Source: Candidatus Adlerbacteria bacterium (GTDB lineage: Bacteria; Patescibacteriota; Minisyncoccia; Phycocordibacterales; SBAW01). Taken from it: a DNA stretch of 64,000 nucleotides. The notes under the pieces were generated by a model. That model did not search any database. It had not been told where the DNA came from and worked only from the letters and a program-made list of their open reading frames with translations. The stretch is taken from the NCBI GenBank assembly GCA_903851045.1, contig CAINNF010000015.1:32644-96643 (forward strand), in the 5' to 3' direction. The position numbers and the translations under genes were made by a program. This document shows positions 1-9,925 of the stretch, in pieces (position 1 is the stretch's first letter; each line of letters opens with the position of its first letter).

Positions 1-495
1 GAACGCGCGCAACAGTTGTTCGAGCGTCAGCCCCATCTCGGCGGCAAGCTTCGCTGCCGGATAGAAGTGGCGCTCATCATCGAAGATGCGGTACTTCGGG
101 TGATTGGTCTTAGGGACCCACCCGGGCAGCACACCGTTGCTCACCATCTTGCCGTCATGGGCGATGAGGGCGGCGTTATACTTGCGCATCCGACCGTCTT
201 CGCCGATCTTCGTCGCGTCCGCGACCACCGAACCCCAGACGGCCACGAGCCCGGTGCTCGCGCGACAGATCGTTTCGTTCGCTGCCTCGATCTCGTGGAT
301 GAACTCGTCGTGCTCCCACCGGTCGCCGAGCAGATAGCCGCTCGTCGCCAGCTCAGGAAACACCACGAACTTTGCACCGCTTGCGCGCGCCTCGTCCATA
401 TAGCCAAGTATGAGCCCCAGACGCTGTCGAATATTGCCGGACGCACCCTGCAACTGCACGACGGCGATGGGAGCATCGATGTCGATGTCTCGCAC
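1..495 (-). CDS. nadE: Glutamine-dependent NAD+ synthetase, N-terminal carbon-nitrogen hydrolase (glutaminase) domain; partial, C-terminus beyond window start
   Basis: Manual minus-strand translation from GTG at 495 (VRDIDIDAPIAVVQLQGASGN...FVVFPELATSGYLLGDRWEHDEF...) shows nitrilase-superfamily motifs. AGGAG SD lies 7 nt upstream. Absent from the ORF track because it runs off the window edge. Confidence 0.6.
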   Translation of the reverse strand, partial: MRDIDIDAPIAVVQLQGASGNIRQRLGLILGYMDEARASGAKFVVFPELATSGYLLGDRWEHDEFIHEIEAANETICRASTGLVAVWGSVVADATKIGEDGRMRKYNAALIAHDGKMVSNGVLPGWVPKTNHPKYRIFDDERHFYPAAKLAAEMGLTLEQLLRAF

Positions 496-651
496 GGATA
501 GTCTCCTGTGTCGTTGCTTCATGTTGGGAAAGAACGGATGGATAGCATCCCGTCTGGTGTATATGATACACTAAGTAATAGAAACCGCAAGCGGGTATAG
601 AAACTGCGCCGCGGGTATACCCGCGGCGCAGAAAACGGCCGCATGGACCGA

Positions 652-1548
652 TCACCAGTGTTCGAGCAGCAACCGCCCGAGCGGTCGGTGCCACGGCGTC
701 AGTTTTTCGAGCAGATCGGCAACACCAACCCAGTGGACCGAGTTGGCATCGTCGCCGGGCGACGGCTCCCCACCCAGATACTCGGCAACGAAGAAGGTCG
801 TCATGACACCGTCGTCGGTGCCGCGATAGCGCGGGTCGTCGATGGTCTTCGTCCCGACATACATCGCAGGGCCGAACCGAACTCCAAGAAGTTCTTCGCC
901 CCCTTCTCGCCCGGCGACCACGGCAGCATCCGTGTCGGTCTTCATTGCGTGACCGCCCGCGAACGACAGGTAGCCTCCGTAGGCGTTCTTGCCGATAAGC
1001 AAGACTCGACCATTCGGTCGATCGATGATGGCAAGATCGCTCGTCGCGTACATGAACGATGGGCGTTCACGCTGCGCGTAGATGAGCGCCGCTCGTCCCT
1101 CAGACGTCTTCGGAAAGGTGATGGATTCTCTGTTAGCGGTGCCGTTGTGCGGCAAAGAGGTAGGAACTTCCTCGACCGCATGCACACCCGTGTACAGAGG
1201 GATAAAGCTCTGGCGCGAGCCGTATAGCGTCACGGGTACCCCAGGGAACGCCACCTGGATGCCTGCATCCAAATCGCGCGACCACAGCTCATTGGAGAGC
1301 GGGTGATCACGCAACGGTACGATGGTCAGCTGGTCGCCTGGATACGCCTGACGCACCATATGCTCACGCTCCTGGAACGTCAACGGATACCGCGCGGTGC
1401 GGACTCCCCCACTCACGCCTAGCGCGATGAGCACGTGCGGGTGCCGCGCAAGCACATAGTCAATAAGGAATCGATGCCCCGGGTGCAACTCCGGCACCTG
1501 GAAGCGGGCGATGATGACGCCGACCGACGCTGGCATAGCTTGTATCAT
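652..1548 (-). CDS. NadM-like bifunctional NMN adenylyltransferase / Nudix (ADP-ribose pyrophosphatase) protein
   Basis: N-terminal nucleotidyltransferase (H/T)xGH motif (IARFQVPELHPGH) and C-terminal Nudix box (GGHAMKTDTDAAVVAGREGGEELLGV). Start moved to MIQAMP, which has a CAGGAG SD 8 nt upstream. Confidence 0.6.
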   Translation of the reverse strand: MIQAMPASVGVIIARFQVPELHPGHRFLIDYVLARHPHVLIALGVSGGVRTARYPLTFQEREHMVRQAYPGDQLTIVPLRDHPLSNELWSRDLDAGIQVAFPGVPVTLYGSRQSFIPLYTGVHAVEEVPTSLPHNGTANRESITFPKTSEGRAALIYAQRERPSFMYATSDLAIIDRPNGRVLLIGKNAYGGYLSFAGGHAMKTDTDAAVVAGREGGEELLGVRFGPAMYVGTKTIDDPRYRGTDDGVMTTFFVAEYLGGEPSPGDDANSVHWVGVADLLEKLTPWHRPLGRLLLEHW

Positions 1549-1711
1549 GGTCCGTACTCCTGTGTGCTGATAGTGAAAGAACAAACATAGCTAGTGTAGA
1601 TGTTACACTATCTAAAAATAAAAGCAAGAGCGACCATACCCGCGAGCATCATATACAAAGAAGAGCCGCCCAAAAGATGGGCGGCTGGGAGTCTAGGCTC
1701 GAATATACACG

Positions 1712-3031
1712 TTACACGACTGCGGCATGGATCGCCCGTATTGCGGTGTCGCACTCGGATGCATCGACGCCGATGGTCATGCTGATCTCGCTCGCGCCTT
1801 GTACGATGACGCGTGCACTAATACCTGCATAAGCGAGCGCACCCAACACGTGTGCTGCGACACCAGGTATCCCGGCCATACCACGCCCGACGACACAGAC
1901 GAGCGCGATACGCTCGAGCACTTGTATGTCGTCGGGTCGGCAGACGCGTTGGATCTCGTCCAAGACCTCCGAAAGGACGCCGTCGAGCAGCTTGCTTTCG
2001 ACCACGACGCTTACCACGTCTATGCCGCCGGGAATCTGTTCGACACCGATCCTCCTGCGAGCGAACACGCCAAGCAAGTTGTACAAGAAATCCCACTCTG
2101 GATTCATCAACAGCTTCTTGACCGTGATGATCGTGAAGCCGGGACGTCCTGCAACTCCCGCGATCGTTCCCGCTTTCGCGGGCTGTGCCATCGAGTCCGG
2201 GAGTATCAGCGTGCCGGGATCTTCCGGCCGGTTGGTATGCAACAACCGGATCGGGATACCCGCCAAAAACAACGGAGCGATTGTCGCATGATGCAACACC
2301 TGCGCACCACTATAGGCAAGCTCTCGCACCTCCTCGAATGTGATCTCGTCGAGCGGTCGAGCATCCGGGACGATGCGCGGGTCGGCCGTACAGACTCCCG
2401 AGACATCCGTCCAGTTTTTGTAGCACGCAGCACCAGCAAGCATTGCGACGATCGCACCCGAAACATCAGACCACCCGCGAGGGAACGTCTTGATGGTGCC
2501 ATCCGGCAGTGCTCCGTAGAAACCAGGGATGACACAGCAACTACTACCAAGGTCGAGTCCCGACCAGGCCACCTGCGTCGCTTCCCTGTCGAACAGACCA
2601 GCGGAGTCGAAGCGGATGAAGTCGGCGGCATCAAGAAACCGCCACCCGAGCAGCTTCGCCAATATCTTGGCGCTCAGGTATTCGCCCCGACTCTTGAGAA
2701 AGTCGAACTGGTCGGGATCGTTCGAAGCGAACGCTATCGCACGAAGGTGTACTTCGAGATCAAGAGGCAACCCCAGATCATCCACGATATGGTCGAACCT
2801 CTCGAAGATCGCCCGGCAGATATCTTCGACAGACATGTCGGGCATACCTCGCTGTAAGCCGATCAACAGATCGGTCACTTTCGGGTCACCTTTGTATCTC
2901 GCGCCCGGTGCAGAAACGACAACGAACCTGCAGCAGGGGTCGGCCCGCACGATGGCGGCGACCTTTTCGAATTGCGATGCGTCGGCGAGCGATGAGCCGC
3001 CAAACTTGGCGACAACAGTAGGTGTATCCAC
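1712..3031 (-). CDS. lysC: Aspartate kinase (aspartokinase)
   Basis: N-terminal KFGGSSL kinase signature and C-terminal ACT-like regulatory region. GTG start with GAGGAG SD. Confidence 0.8.
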   Translation of the reverse strand: MDTPTVVAKFGGSSLADASQFEKVAAIVRADPCCRFVVVSAPGARYKGDPKVTDLLIGLQRGMPDMSVEDICRAIFERFDHIVDDLGLPLDLEVHLRAIAFASNDPDQFDFLKSRGEYLSAKILAKLLGWRFLDAADFIRFDSAGLFDREATQVAWSGLDLGSSCCVIPGFYGALPDGTIKTFPRGWSDVSGAIVAMLAGAACYKNWTDVSGVCTADPRIVPDARPLDEITFEEVRELAYSGAQVLHHATIAPLFLAGIPIRLLHTNRPEDPGTLILPDSMAQPAKAGTIAGVAGRPGFTIITVKKLLMNPEWDFLYNLLGVFARRRIGVEQIPGGIDVVSVVVESKLLDGVLSEVLDEIQRVCRPDDIQVLERIALVCVVGRGMAGIPGVAAHVLGALAYAGISARVIVQGASEISMTIGVDASECDTAIRAIHAAVV

Positions 3032-3103
3032 AGCATGTTCTCCTCAAAGAGCGTTCGTGGCTCGTTTGAAACTACAGAAAAAGTGTGCGCGGCGCAAGGT
3101 CAC

Positions 3104-3133
3104 ATAAAAAGGCCCGGGATCTCTCCCGGGCCA
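3104..3133 (-). terminator. Rho-independent terminator downstream of the UPF0182 gene
   Basis: GGCCCGGGA-tctctc-CCGGGCC hairpin followed by a T-run on the minus strand. Confidence 0.55.
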
Positions 3134-3169
3134 GTGGTCAGTTGTCGAACGTCGTTCCGCACCGAGAGG

Positions 3170-6064
3170 CTATTGCCCCAGAACACCTTTCAGTTCCTGA
3201 AGCGCCTGCCCCGCTTTGGCGAACTCGCCGGCCCTGAAGTCTGCGAGCAGTCTCCCGAACACGGCACGCACTTGCGCGATGGTCCCCGTCTCGTCCGCAT
3301 CACCCGGTCGCGAAGCGACACTTTGAGGTGCCGCCCCCACGAACAACTGTTCGGCCTGTTCGAGCTGGGGCGCCCAGACAATCTGTTGATCGCCCGGCAG
3401 AAGCTGCCCGAACACGACTCGTGTCAGTTGTGGGATCTTCGTCTGAGACGCCTCGACATAGATAGGCTCGATAACGACCAGCTTGTCGTCCTTAAGCGGC
3501 AACACAAGCAAGTTGCCGCGGATGACCGTGGAACCGTGTTGGTCCCACAAGGTCAGGTCCTGAGACATCCGGTCGGTCGAACTGATGCGAGACTCGACCT
3601 GGGCCGGACCATCCACGAACACCCCCTTGGGGAGCTTGTAGACGATCAGTTTCCCATAGTTGTCACCATCGCACAGGCCAGCCATCCAGCCGGACATTTG
3701 GTTCTTGCCAGCCACCGACAACGGCAGCATGAGCATGAACTCCGGACGACTTGCCCCGGGGAGCTGTGCCGTCACATAGTACGGAGACATCTCTATCTCC
3801 TCGCTACGGAACAGCTCACGCGGCACCTGCCACCGATCTTCCCGATTATAGAACACCATCGGGTTGGTCATATGGAACGTACCGTACATCTCCGCCTGAG
3901 TCGTGAAGAGTGCCGCAGGATACCGGATATGACTCCGGACGAGCGGCGGCATTTCCTCGACACCCTTGAAGAGTCCAGGGAGCTGGGCACGATAGGCGTT
4001 GATGAGCGGGTCGTGCGGGTCCATCACATAGAACGCGACGGATCCGTCATACGCGTCGACCACCACCTTCACGGAGTTACGAACGTAGTTCTTATCCTTG
4101 AACGCTGCCACCGAACCGCGGTAGGCCTCGCTGTATGGGTAGGTGTCCGAACTCGTATAGGCATCGATGATCCAGAGGTACCGGTCGCCACCGGCGACCA
4201 CGTATGGATCATCGTCGAAGGTGAGGAACGGCGCGAGCGCCTTGACTCTCTCCAAGATATTTCGACGCCACAGGATCCGACTTTCATCGGTCAGGTAGTT
4301 CGAGGTGAAGAGCGTAATCCCATCGAACTTCCACGCATAGACCAACTTGCGCCAGAAATCGGACAGCTGGATGCCGCCCCGACCACCGTACACCGATTCG
4401 ACGTTCGAGTCCCCCTGCGGGAAGTCGAACTCTCGCTCGGTGCCATGTACGTAGACGTGTTCGTTCGTAAGTTCCCCGTAATAGATCTCGGGGTGCGTCA
4501 CGCTCAGCGCCGGTAGAGCGGTGACCGGTATGTTCCCCGCCCAGAAACGTGGATTGTTACCGTTCACCGTCTCGTTGGACGGTACCGATACCACACCAAA
4601 GCCATGGGTATACTTCAGTTGCGTATTCACCCACACTTGAGCTTGTGGAAGCAGCCGATCCACAGACAGTTCGCGTGCAGTGATCATGACCTGGCGCAAC
4701 TCGCCATCCACCTTATACCGGTCGATGTCGATGTCATGGAAGGTATAGTACTGACGCAGACCCTGGGTCTGGTGGATCTGCGGGTTTAACACTCGCCAAT
4801 CCCAGATCCGAGCATCCCGCAGTGTCGCTATGTTCGCCGCAAGATCTGCGGCGGTCAGCGGCTGGGCGGACACGGGGAATTCGTGCTCTTCGACCCGTGG
4901 GCCGGAGAGGTTGAACGCCTCGCGAGTACCTGCGATCGTGTGGACGATGAACGGCTCCTCGAGCGTGACCTGGTTGGGCACAACGAAGACGTTCTCGTAC
5001 AGCAACGCCAACGTTGGCGCACCCACAAAGAGCGCGACGAACGCCACACCCGGCATAAGCCACCGAGACTGGCGAGCGAGGAACCACGCATGCAAGCGTG
5101 GGATGAACGCAACCCCCAGAAACGCGAGTGCCGCGAGCAACCACGCAACGCCGATCAACGAGTATATTGTGCTCCACCAGTACACGTCGATGTAGGCGGC
5201 ACCAGACACGACACTTGAATGCCCGTCGACGACAAGCCCATACCGACCAAGGAACCGGTCCGCTGCGTTCGAAAGGAACAGCAGCCCGATAAGGCCGCAA
5301 CCTTGACGAACCCATCCGCGCCACACTTCTTGTACGGCACAGAAGTAGTCTTGGACCCCCTCAGTGGTCAGAGGAAAGCCCGCACGTTCGGATGCGTAGC
5401 GAAATCCGTACTCACCTCGGAGATGTTTCAGCGTATCGCCCGGTCTCCCGTGTTTTGGATTGATCATAAAGCCGATCACGAGCCAGAACACGATCATGAC
5501 GACCGTGAGCCAAGACAACTCCTGCGCGACCGACTGGAACAGCGGTAGCACATTGAGATAGAAGGACGTATCCAGACCATACACAGGATCAAGTGTCCCG
5601 GTCGGAGCGCTCCCAAGGAACAGGAAGATGTCGGACCAGTACCCTGTGAAGGAGTACGCCCACAGCAGAGCAAGCGCAAACCCCGCAAGAAACGGGATCC
5701 GAACGGGGATCAATGCGTATCGTCGCACGACCAGCTGCCCCAGGTTCGCACCCAGGAACAGACCGACCACCACGAGCGATACGGCGAAGATGCCGCATTC
5801 GTACGTCAACACTCGCCAGAACCGATCGCTCTGACCGAGCTCTTGGAACCAGTACGCGTCGGCAGAGATGTTGATGGCGCCGATGAGAGCGACGATGGCG
5901 CACAACAATACCGCTGTCTGCGTCGCGCTGACCCGCAGTTGGCGCATATACACACGACACTCGGCCTCATCGAACTCATCTTTGAGTCTGAGGCCCCGAA
6001 GCGCGGTGCGCGTAAGCGGCACTACCGACACGGTCAGTAGCGCCAGATATAGCAAGGTAAACAT
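3170..6064 (-). CDS. UPF0182-family large polytopic membrane protein
   Basis: 964 aa, with about 8 N-terminal TM helices followed by a large soluble domain. The architecture and overall sequence match UPF0182 proteins; family assignment is from memory. Confidence 0.5.
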   Translation of the reverse strand: MFTLLYLALLTVSVVPLTRTALRGLRLKDEFDEAECRVYMRQLRVSATQTAVLLCAIVALIGAINISADAYWFQELGQSDRFWRVLTYECGIFAVSLVVVGLFLGANLGQLVVRRYALIPVRIPFLAGFALALLWAYSFTGYWSDIFLFLGSAPTGTLDPVYGLDTSFYLNVLPLFQSVAQELSWLTVVMIVFWLVIGFMINPKHGRPGDTLKHLRGEYGFRYASERAGFPLTTEGVQDYFCAVQEVWRGWVRQGCGLIGLLFLSNAADRFLGRYGLVVDGHSSVVSGAAYIDVYWWSTIYSLIGVAWLLAALAFLGVAFIPRLHAWFLARQSRWLMPGVAFVALFVGAPTLALLYENVFVVPNQVTLEEPFIVHTIAGTREAFNLSGPRVEEHEFPVSAQPLTAADLAANIATLRDARIWDWRVLNPQIHQTQGLRQYYTFHDIDIDRYKVDGELRQVMITARELSVDRLLPQAQVWVNTQLKYTHGFGVVSVPSNETVNGNNPRFWAGNIPVTALPALSVTHPEIYYGELTNEHVYVHGTEREFDFPQGDSNVESVYGGRGGIQLSDFWRKLVYAWKFDGITLFTSNYLTDESRILWRRNILERVKALAPFLTFDDDPYVVAGGDRYLWIIDAYTSSDTYPYSEAYRGSVAAFKDKNYVRNSVKVVVDAYDGSVAFYVMDPHDPLINAYRAQLPGLFKGVEEMPPLVRSHIRYPAALFTTQAEMYGTFHMTNPMVFYNREDRWQVPRELFRSEEIEMSPYYVTAQLPGASRPEFMLMLPLSVAGKNQMSGWMAGLCDGDNYGKLIVYKLPKGVFVDGPAQVESRISSTDRMSQDLTLWDQHGSTVIRGNLLVLPLKDDKLVVIEPIYVEASQTKIPQLTRVVFGQLLPGDQQIVWAPQLEQAEQLFVGAAPQSVASRPGDADETGTIAQVRAVFGRLLADFRAGEFAKAGQALQELKGVLGQ

Positions 6065-6225
6065 TAGCCCTCCTTTCAGACGAAATCATGGGGCAATTCG
6101 AACCTTTTTGTGAAGGTGCCCGGAAGTATATTACATGAAAAAACTTGAATGTCAACCGACCAATCTGACGCTACTTACCGATAGGTCACCGCGATCGAAC
6201 CGTTGACCGTTCGTAAGTAAAACAA

Positions 6226-6262
6226 ATGAAAGGCCACCTAGCGGGCGGCCTTGTTTGGGTGT
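6226..6262 (-). terminator. Probable terminator for the small minus-strand gene 6272-6583
   Basis: GGCC-rich hairpin followed by a T-run on the minus strand. Confidence 0.35.
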
Positions 6263-6271
6263 GCACGTGCA

Positions 6272-6583
6272 CTATGATGCAGGACACTCGACGTCGGTGC
6301 CAGGGTGCGCTTCAAGGAACGTGTCCAGGACCGAGATGTTATGTCCCGCCTCATCGCCACCCTCGTCATCGGTGGGCAAGAACTGGGGGAAGGCGTTGGT
6401 GTCTTGCGTCCCCGTATCCACGGGGAGTTTGGACACGTCCGCTTCATAGAACCAAAAGATCACTCCTCCCCCACCGAACACCACTCGTTCGAACCATCGC
6501 ACTCCGCGACGACGTAGATTTGTTCGTATGTCCGGGAACTCACCCTCGTTACTGATCGGAAGGATCGTGCCGATTCTTCTCAT
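6272..6583 (-). CDS. Hypothetical protein (104 aa)
   Basis: Internal ATG (MRRIGT...) with GGAGG SD 6 nt upstream. The longer track ORF is probably an N-terminal over-extension. Confidence 0.45.
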   Translation of the reverse strand: MRRIGTILPISNEGEFPDIRTNLRRRGVRWFERVVFGGGGVIFWFYEADVSKLPVDTGTQDTNAFPQFLPTDDEGGDEAGHNISVLDTFLEAHPGTDVECPAS

Positions 6584-6785
6584 CAAGATACCTCCATACC
6601 TGCAGCACCGCACTGCTTTTCGCCAAATGATCTTCGTCCTTGGCGCATATGAGTACCGCGTCGATGTGCGGGTCAGCCGACATGCTTTGTACCATATATA
6701 CATACTCGTGTCTACACACAACAGCACCCAAGGAGCTGGGGTGTTGTTGTGGTTTTTTGCATCATTTCGTCTTAGAGTATAGGTA

Positions 6786-7649
6786 ATGAAAAGAAGGAAA
6801 GGCCGAAAGATCCTCCTCTATAGCGCTCTCTCGGTCGTGAGTATCCTTGGCGCATTCGTTGTCTGGCAAATGACCAAAACAGTGCCGACGAACGGCGACT
6901 GGCAGGATGTGTCAAGGGTGCAGTCGACCGCAACGTTCGATGGAAACTTCGTGACGGTGCACAATATACGCAACTTCCAATATGATGCGAACCGCACCCC
7001 GACTGTCGAAGCGTACTACGACAAGACGTACGATCTGCGCACGCTCAAGAAGGTGTGGTATATCACCGACCCCTTCAGCCCTGGGAGTCCATTCGCACAC
7101 ACCTTCATCTCGTTCGAATTCGCGGACGAGTCGTTCCTCGCTATCACGATCGAGGGTCGGCTCACCAAGGGGCAGGAATACAACCTGTTGAACGGTACCA
7201 TCCACACATTCCCGCTCATCTACATCGCGGCAGATGAGCGTGACGTCATCTACGTGCGCACGAACATCCACCACGACGGTGTGTATGTGTACCCCATGCG
7301 CGCGACTCCTGAGCAAGGGCGACTGCTGCTGACCGACATACTACACCGCATGAACGAGCTGGTGGCACGCCCCGACTGGTACAACTCGATATATGCGAAT
7401 TGCACCTCGAGCATCGCCAATCACATCAACCGGATCTGGCCCGGGGTGCTGCCCACGTTCGACTGGCAAGAACTGCTCACCAGCTATGCGGACGAACTCG
7501 CGCTACAAAAAGGACTCGTCGACACGACGCTCCCCCTCGACCAAGCACGACAAACATTCTACGTTACCGACCGCGCCCAACACGTTGGATATGTCGCAGA
7601 CTTCTCCACCTTGATACGGCAGACCGACACGCACACTCAAACCCAGTAG
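6786..7649 (+). CDS. Membrane-anchored protein, possibly DUF4105-like
   Basis: N-terminal TM helix and HTFISFEF / hydrophobic-aromatic motifs reminiscent of DUF4105. The family call is tentative. Confidence 0.4.
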   Translation: MKRRKGRKILLYSALSVVSILGAFVVWQMTKTVPTNGDWQDVSRVQSTATFDGNFVTVHNIRNFQYDANRTPTVEAYYDKTYDLRTLKKVWYITDPFSPGSPFAHTFISFEFADESFLAITIEGRLTKGQEYNLLNGTIHTFPLIYIAADERDVIYVRTNIHHDGVYVYPMRATPEQGRLLLTDILHRMNELVARPDWYNSIYANCTSSIANHINRIWPGVLPTFDWQELLTSYADELALQKGLVDTTLPLDQARQTFYVTDRAQHVGYVADFSTLIRQTDTHTQTQ

Positions 7650-8190
7650 TCGGTCGTGTCGAATCACTCTCTGTTGTCACGAAGATACAGAGGTGACATG
7701 GGTCACGCAAGGACGCCAACAACATTCGTACTCTTGCTCACATTCACTCCGACAAGGTAGTATAGCGACGGAGGTACCGAATGTTTGCCGACTGGGCCGA
7801 CTGCTAGGTTGGCAATATGAATGTCTGGGGTGGGGGATATCCAGCCACGTGGTCAACAACCACGCGGAGCCGTATGCAGTAGGGGGTCATTTTGAGACCA
7901 GCGCTTAGCATACGCCTAACCATGCTTGGAGAGGATGGGTAACACCGCATACCTCCCGAGGGAGAAAGACTTGCGTCGCCCTAGACCGGGCCTATCGGCA
8001 TCGCTTTGGAGCGTCTCCTATACTAATCCGTGGGGTAACGGCTCACGGTTGGAGGTGTGCCGATCTTCTGGAATGGATCTTTGATGCAGGGGTGCAACAA
8101 CCAACCTCACCAAGGACGCGAAGTTCCGAGGAGCCACTATGGGGGCCAGTACGCCAACGAGCGTACGGCCCCCATACCTATGTCTATCTA
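7650..8190. other. Gene-free 0.55-kb tract between convergent genes; candidate structured/non-coding RNA locus (unassigned)
   Basis: No credible ORF on either strand. Several GC-rich hairpins are present (e.g. GGGGGCCAGTACG...CGTACGGCCCCC). The tract ends in a strong bidirectional terminator. Confidence 0.2.
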
Positions 8191-8194
8191 TGTC

Positions 8195-8237
8195 AAAAAA
8201 GAGTGCCTGTTGTCGTCAGACCAACAGGCACTTTTAT
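8195..8237. terminator. Bidirectional rho-independent terminator
   Basis: A-run, then GTGCCTGTTG-loop-CAACAGGCAC, then TTTT. It works on both strands. Confidence 0.6.
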
Positions 8238-8244
8238 ACTGTAT

Positions 8245-8664
8245 CTATATGTGATATTTTCTCCCCCGGCATCGGCCCGCGATCCGTTTTGCCTCTATCA
8301 TAGCTTCTCCCTGAAACACAAATATGCTCAAGTCTTTCCTGTGTAACCGGGCTGCACTTCTGAAAGCCCCGATGGTCGCATCTACCGGAGGAATGCCAGC
8401 CGCACGCAAAGCGTCGACTGCATGCTGCACCGTAGGGGTGACCCACCGATGATCGACTGCAGCCTTGATGTGTCTCGCATCGTTCATGGTCGCCACCATA
8501 ACCGTACCAAGACGTTGGTAGTGTGCCGCGATGATATCTAAAATCTGATCACGGGTGAGGGTTGGTCGGGATGGACTGGACGGAAGTGGCAGCCGGCGAC
8601 CACCAACCACTTTCTTAAAGGCCCTCTTGTACGGCGCACTGCCCCGTACACTTGTTGAGATCAT
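8245..8664 (-). CDS. Hypothetical protein (139 aa)
   Basis: AGGAG SD upstream of the ATG. No recognisable domain. Confidence 0.5.
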   Translation of the reverse strand: MISTSVRGSAPYKRAFKKVVGGRRLPLPSSPSRPTLTRDQILDIIAAHYQRLGTVMVATMNDARHIKAAVDHRWVTPTVQHAVDALRAAGIPPVDATIGAFRSAARLHRKDLSIFVFQGEAMIEAKRIAGRCRGRKYHI

Positions 8665-8697
8665 CGAGACTCTCCTGTGCGATTCTAGCGTTCGACC

Positions 8698-8928
8698 TTA
8701 GACAGCAAACTTAGATCGATAGAACGGATCGTTCCTTATGGTTTGGAGTACGATCTCTAGGACCCCTTCAGCCTCGACGTGCAAACGCAACACGCCTCGC
8801 CTCCGATCATCCGCTTCTCGTGTGATCGTCGCAGTGACCTGAACCTTAGGGACCGTCCTGATGAGCGAGAGCACTCCCCTTTGGTCGATCTGCGCTACAT
8901 CACGAAACGGTATGCACATGTCAGGCAT
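8698..8928 (-). CDS. Hypothetical small protein (76 aa)
   Basis: ORF only; weak support. Confidence 0.2.
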   Translation of the reverse strand: MPDMCIPFRDVAQIDQRGVLSLIRTVPKVQVTATITREADDRRRGVLRLHVEAEGVLEIVLQTIRNDPFYRSKFAV

Positions 8929-9034
8929 TGCCGTGCCCTCTTGATGATTGGAACGTCCTCTATGGACATAATACCGTGCTTTGTATAAAAAATCCCGCTG
9001 CGCTCAGAAAGAGCCGCAGCGGGGATATCGGACA

Positions 9035-9229
9035 TCACGGAAACTTTGCCTCGGCAAGGCGTGCGGATCGTTTCGCAGCCCTACGACTCTCTTCAGAAAA
9101 CCCAGGGCACAGGGTTCTCGCAGCATCGGGATGTGGCGCGGGTTCAGGAGAAACCGCGAGAGCCGCAGGAAGCGGATATCTGCGCGCACGCGCGAGACCT
9201 CGCAAAGCATCGTCGAGCGATTCACTCAT
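9035..9229 (-). CDS. Hypothetical small protein (64 aa)
   Basis: ORF followed on the minus strand by hairpin CCCGCTGCG...CGCAGCGGG plus a T-run (8988-9027). Confidence 0.25.
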   Translation of the reverse strand: MSESLDDALRGLARARRYPLPAALAVSPEPAPHPDAARTLCPGFSEESRRAAKRSARLAEAKFP

Positions 9230-9333
9230 TATCGCACACCTTGCACTGCGTGTTATCGTCGTCTCGATAGAGACATCTAACCTTATTGTACATACTGCGC
9301 ATGGGTCATGTCAATACCACCACACACGATATA

Positions 9334-9391
9334 TAAAAAAGACCGCCTCACCACGAAGACCTGCTTGGTGAGAGCGAGTCTTCGTAGTGAG
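9334..9391 (-). terminator. Rho-independent terminator for gene 9409-9699
   Basis: CTCACCACGAAGAC / GTCTTCGTAGTGAG stem, with a T-run on the minus strand. Confidence 0.45.
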
Positions 9392-9408
9392 CGCGGTTCA
9401 AGACGTAA

Positions 9409-9699
9409 TCAGGCTGCGATTGCCCGCTGCTGCAGTCCAGTGATGGCCGCCTCGAAAGCAGCGTTCGCCTCATCCTCGGTATAGAGACCTTCCCCCAGCA
9501 GGGGAAGGAGGTACTGATACCAATATCCAGATGGGTGGTAGTACAAAATCACCGGACATGCCGCGTGCGGTGGCTTCCAGTTGCACGCGATGCAAAAGGT
9601 TGCCGGACGATCTTCCGTCGGATAATCGCGCATCTGGATTCGTGGTCCGTTGACGATGTCGTCGACGATATGGACACCAAAATACCTCCTATCAGCCAT
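9409..9699 (-). CDS. Hypothetical protein (96 aa)
   Basis: Start at MADRRYF, with AAAGGA SD 9 nt upstream. Confidence 0.45.
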   Translation of the reverse strand: MADRRYFGVHIVDDIVNGPRIQMRDYPTEDRPATFCIACNWKPPHAACPVILYYHPSGYWYQYLLPLLGEGLYTEDEANAAFEAAITGLQQRAIAA

Positions 9700-9925
9700 A
9701 GGTCGTGTTTTCCTTTTCGGGCATCTCAACAGTCTGAGTGGTTGTGGGATTGGGAAGAACGATACCTAAAGAAAAACGTAACAATATTTTTAATATAATG
9801 CAAGACTATACCAGCACACATATATGGGTTACCCTGGAGCTGCTGCAGACACGCCGACCTTTCGATAGTATCGAGGGACACGGTAGCAACCCCATGGTGG
9901 GGCTTCTGCATGGGAGAACCTTTAC

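Noticed and set aside
643-1227. 194-aa plus-strand ORF overlapping the NadM-like gene
   Set aside because: Antisense to a gene with clear HxGH and Nudix motifs.
1727-2857. 376-aa plus-strand ORF antisense to aspartokinase (and nested Arg-rich ORFs 1818-2121)
   Set aside because: Lies entirely inside a well-supported minus-strand gene. Arg/Asp-rich composition typical of GC-rich antisense frames. No SD.
3035-4516. 493-aa plus-strand ORF antisense to the UPF0182 gene
   Set aside because: Antisense artefact of a high-GC gene. No motif. The opposing gene has a clear membrane-protein signal.
7650-8245. tmRNA, RNase P RNA, SRP RNA or group II intron domain V in the gene-free tract
   Set aside because: Looked for a tag-peptide reading frame ending ALAA, a tRNA-like T-arm (GGTTCGA), the P4 consensus (AGGAAAGTCCGGGC), the SRP GGAAGCAGC motif and the DV consensus. 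None matched convincingly. The region is left as an unassigned candidate RNA.
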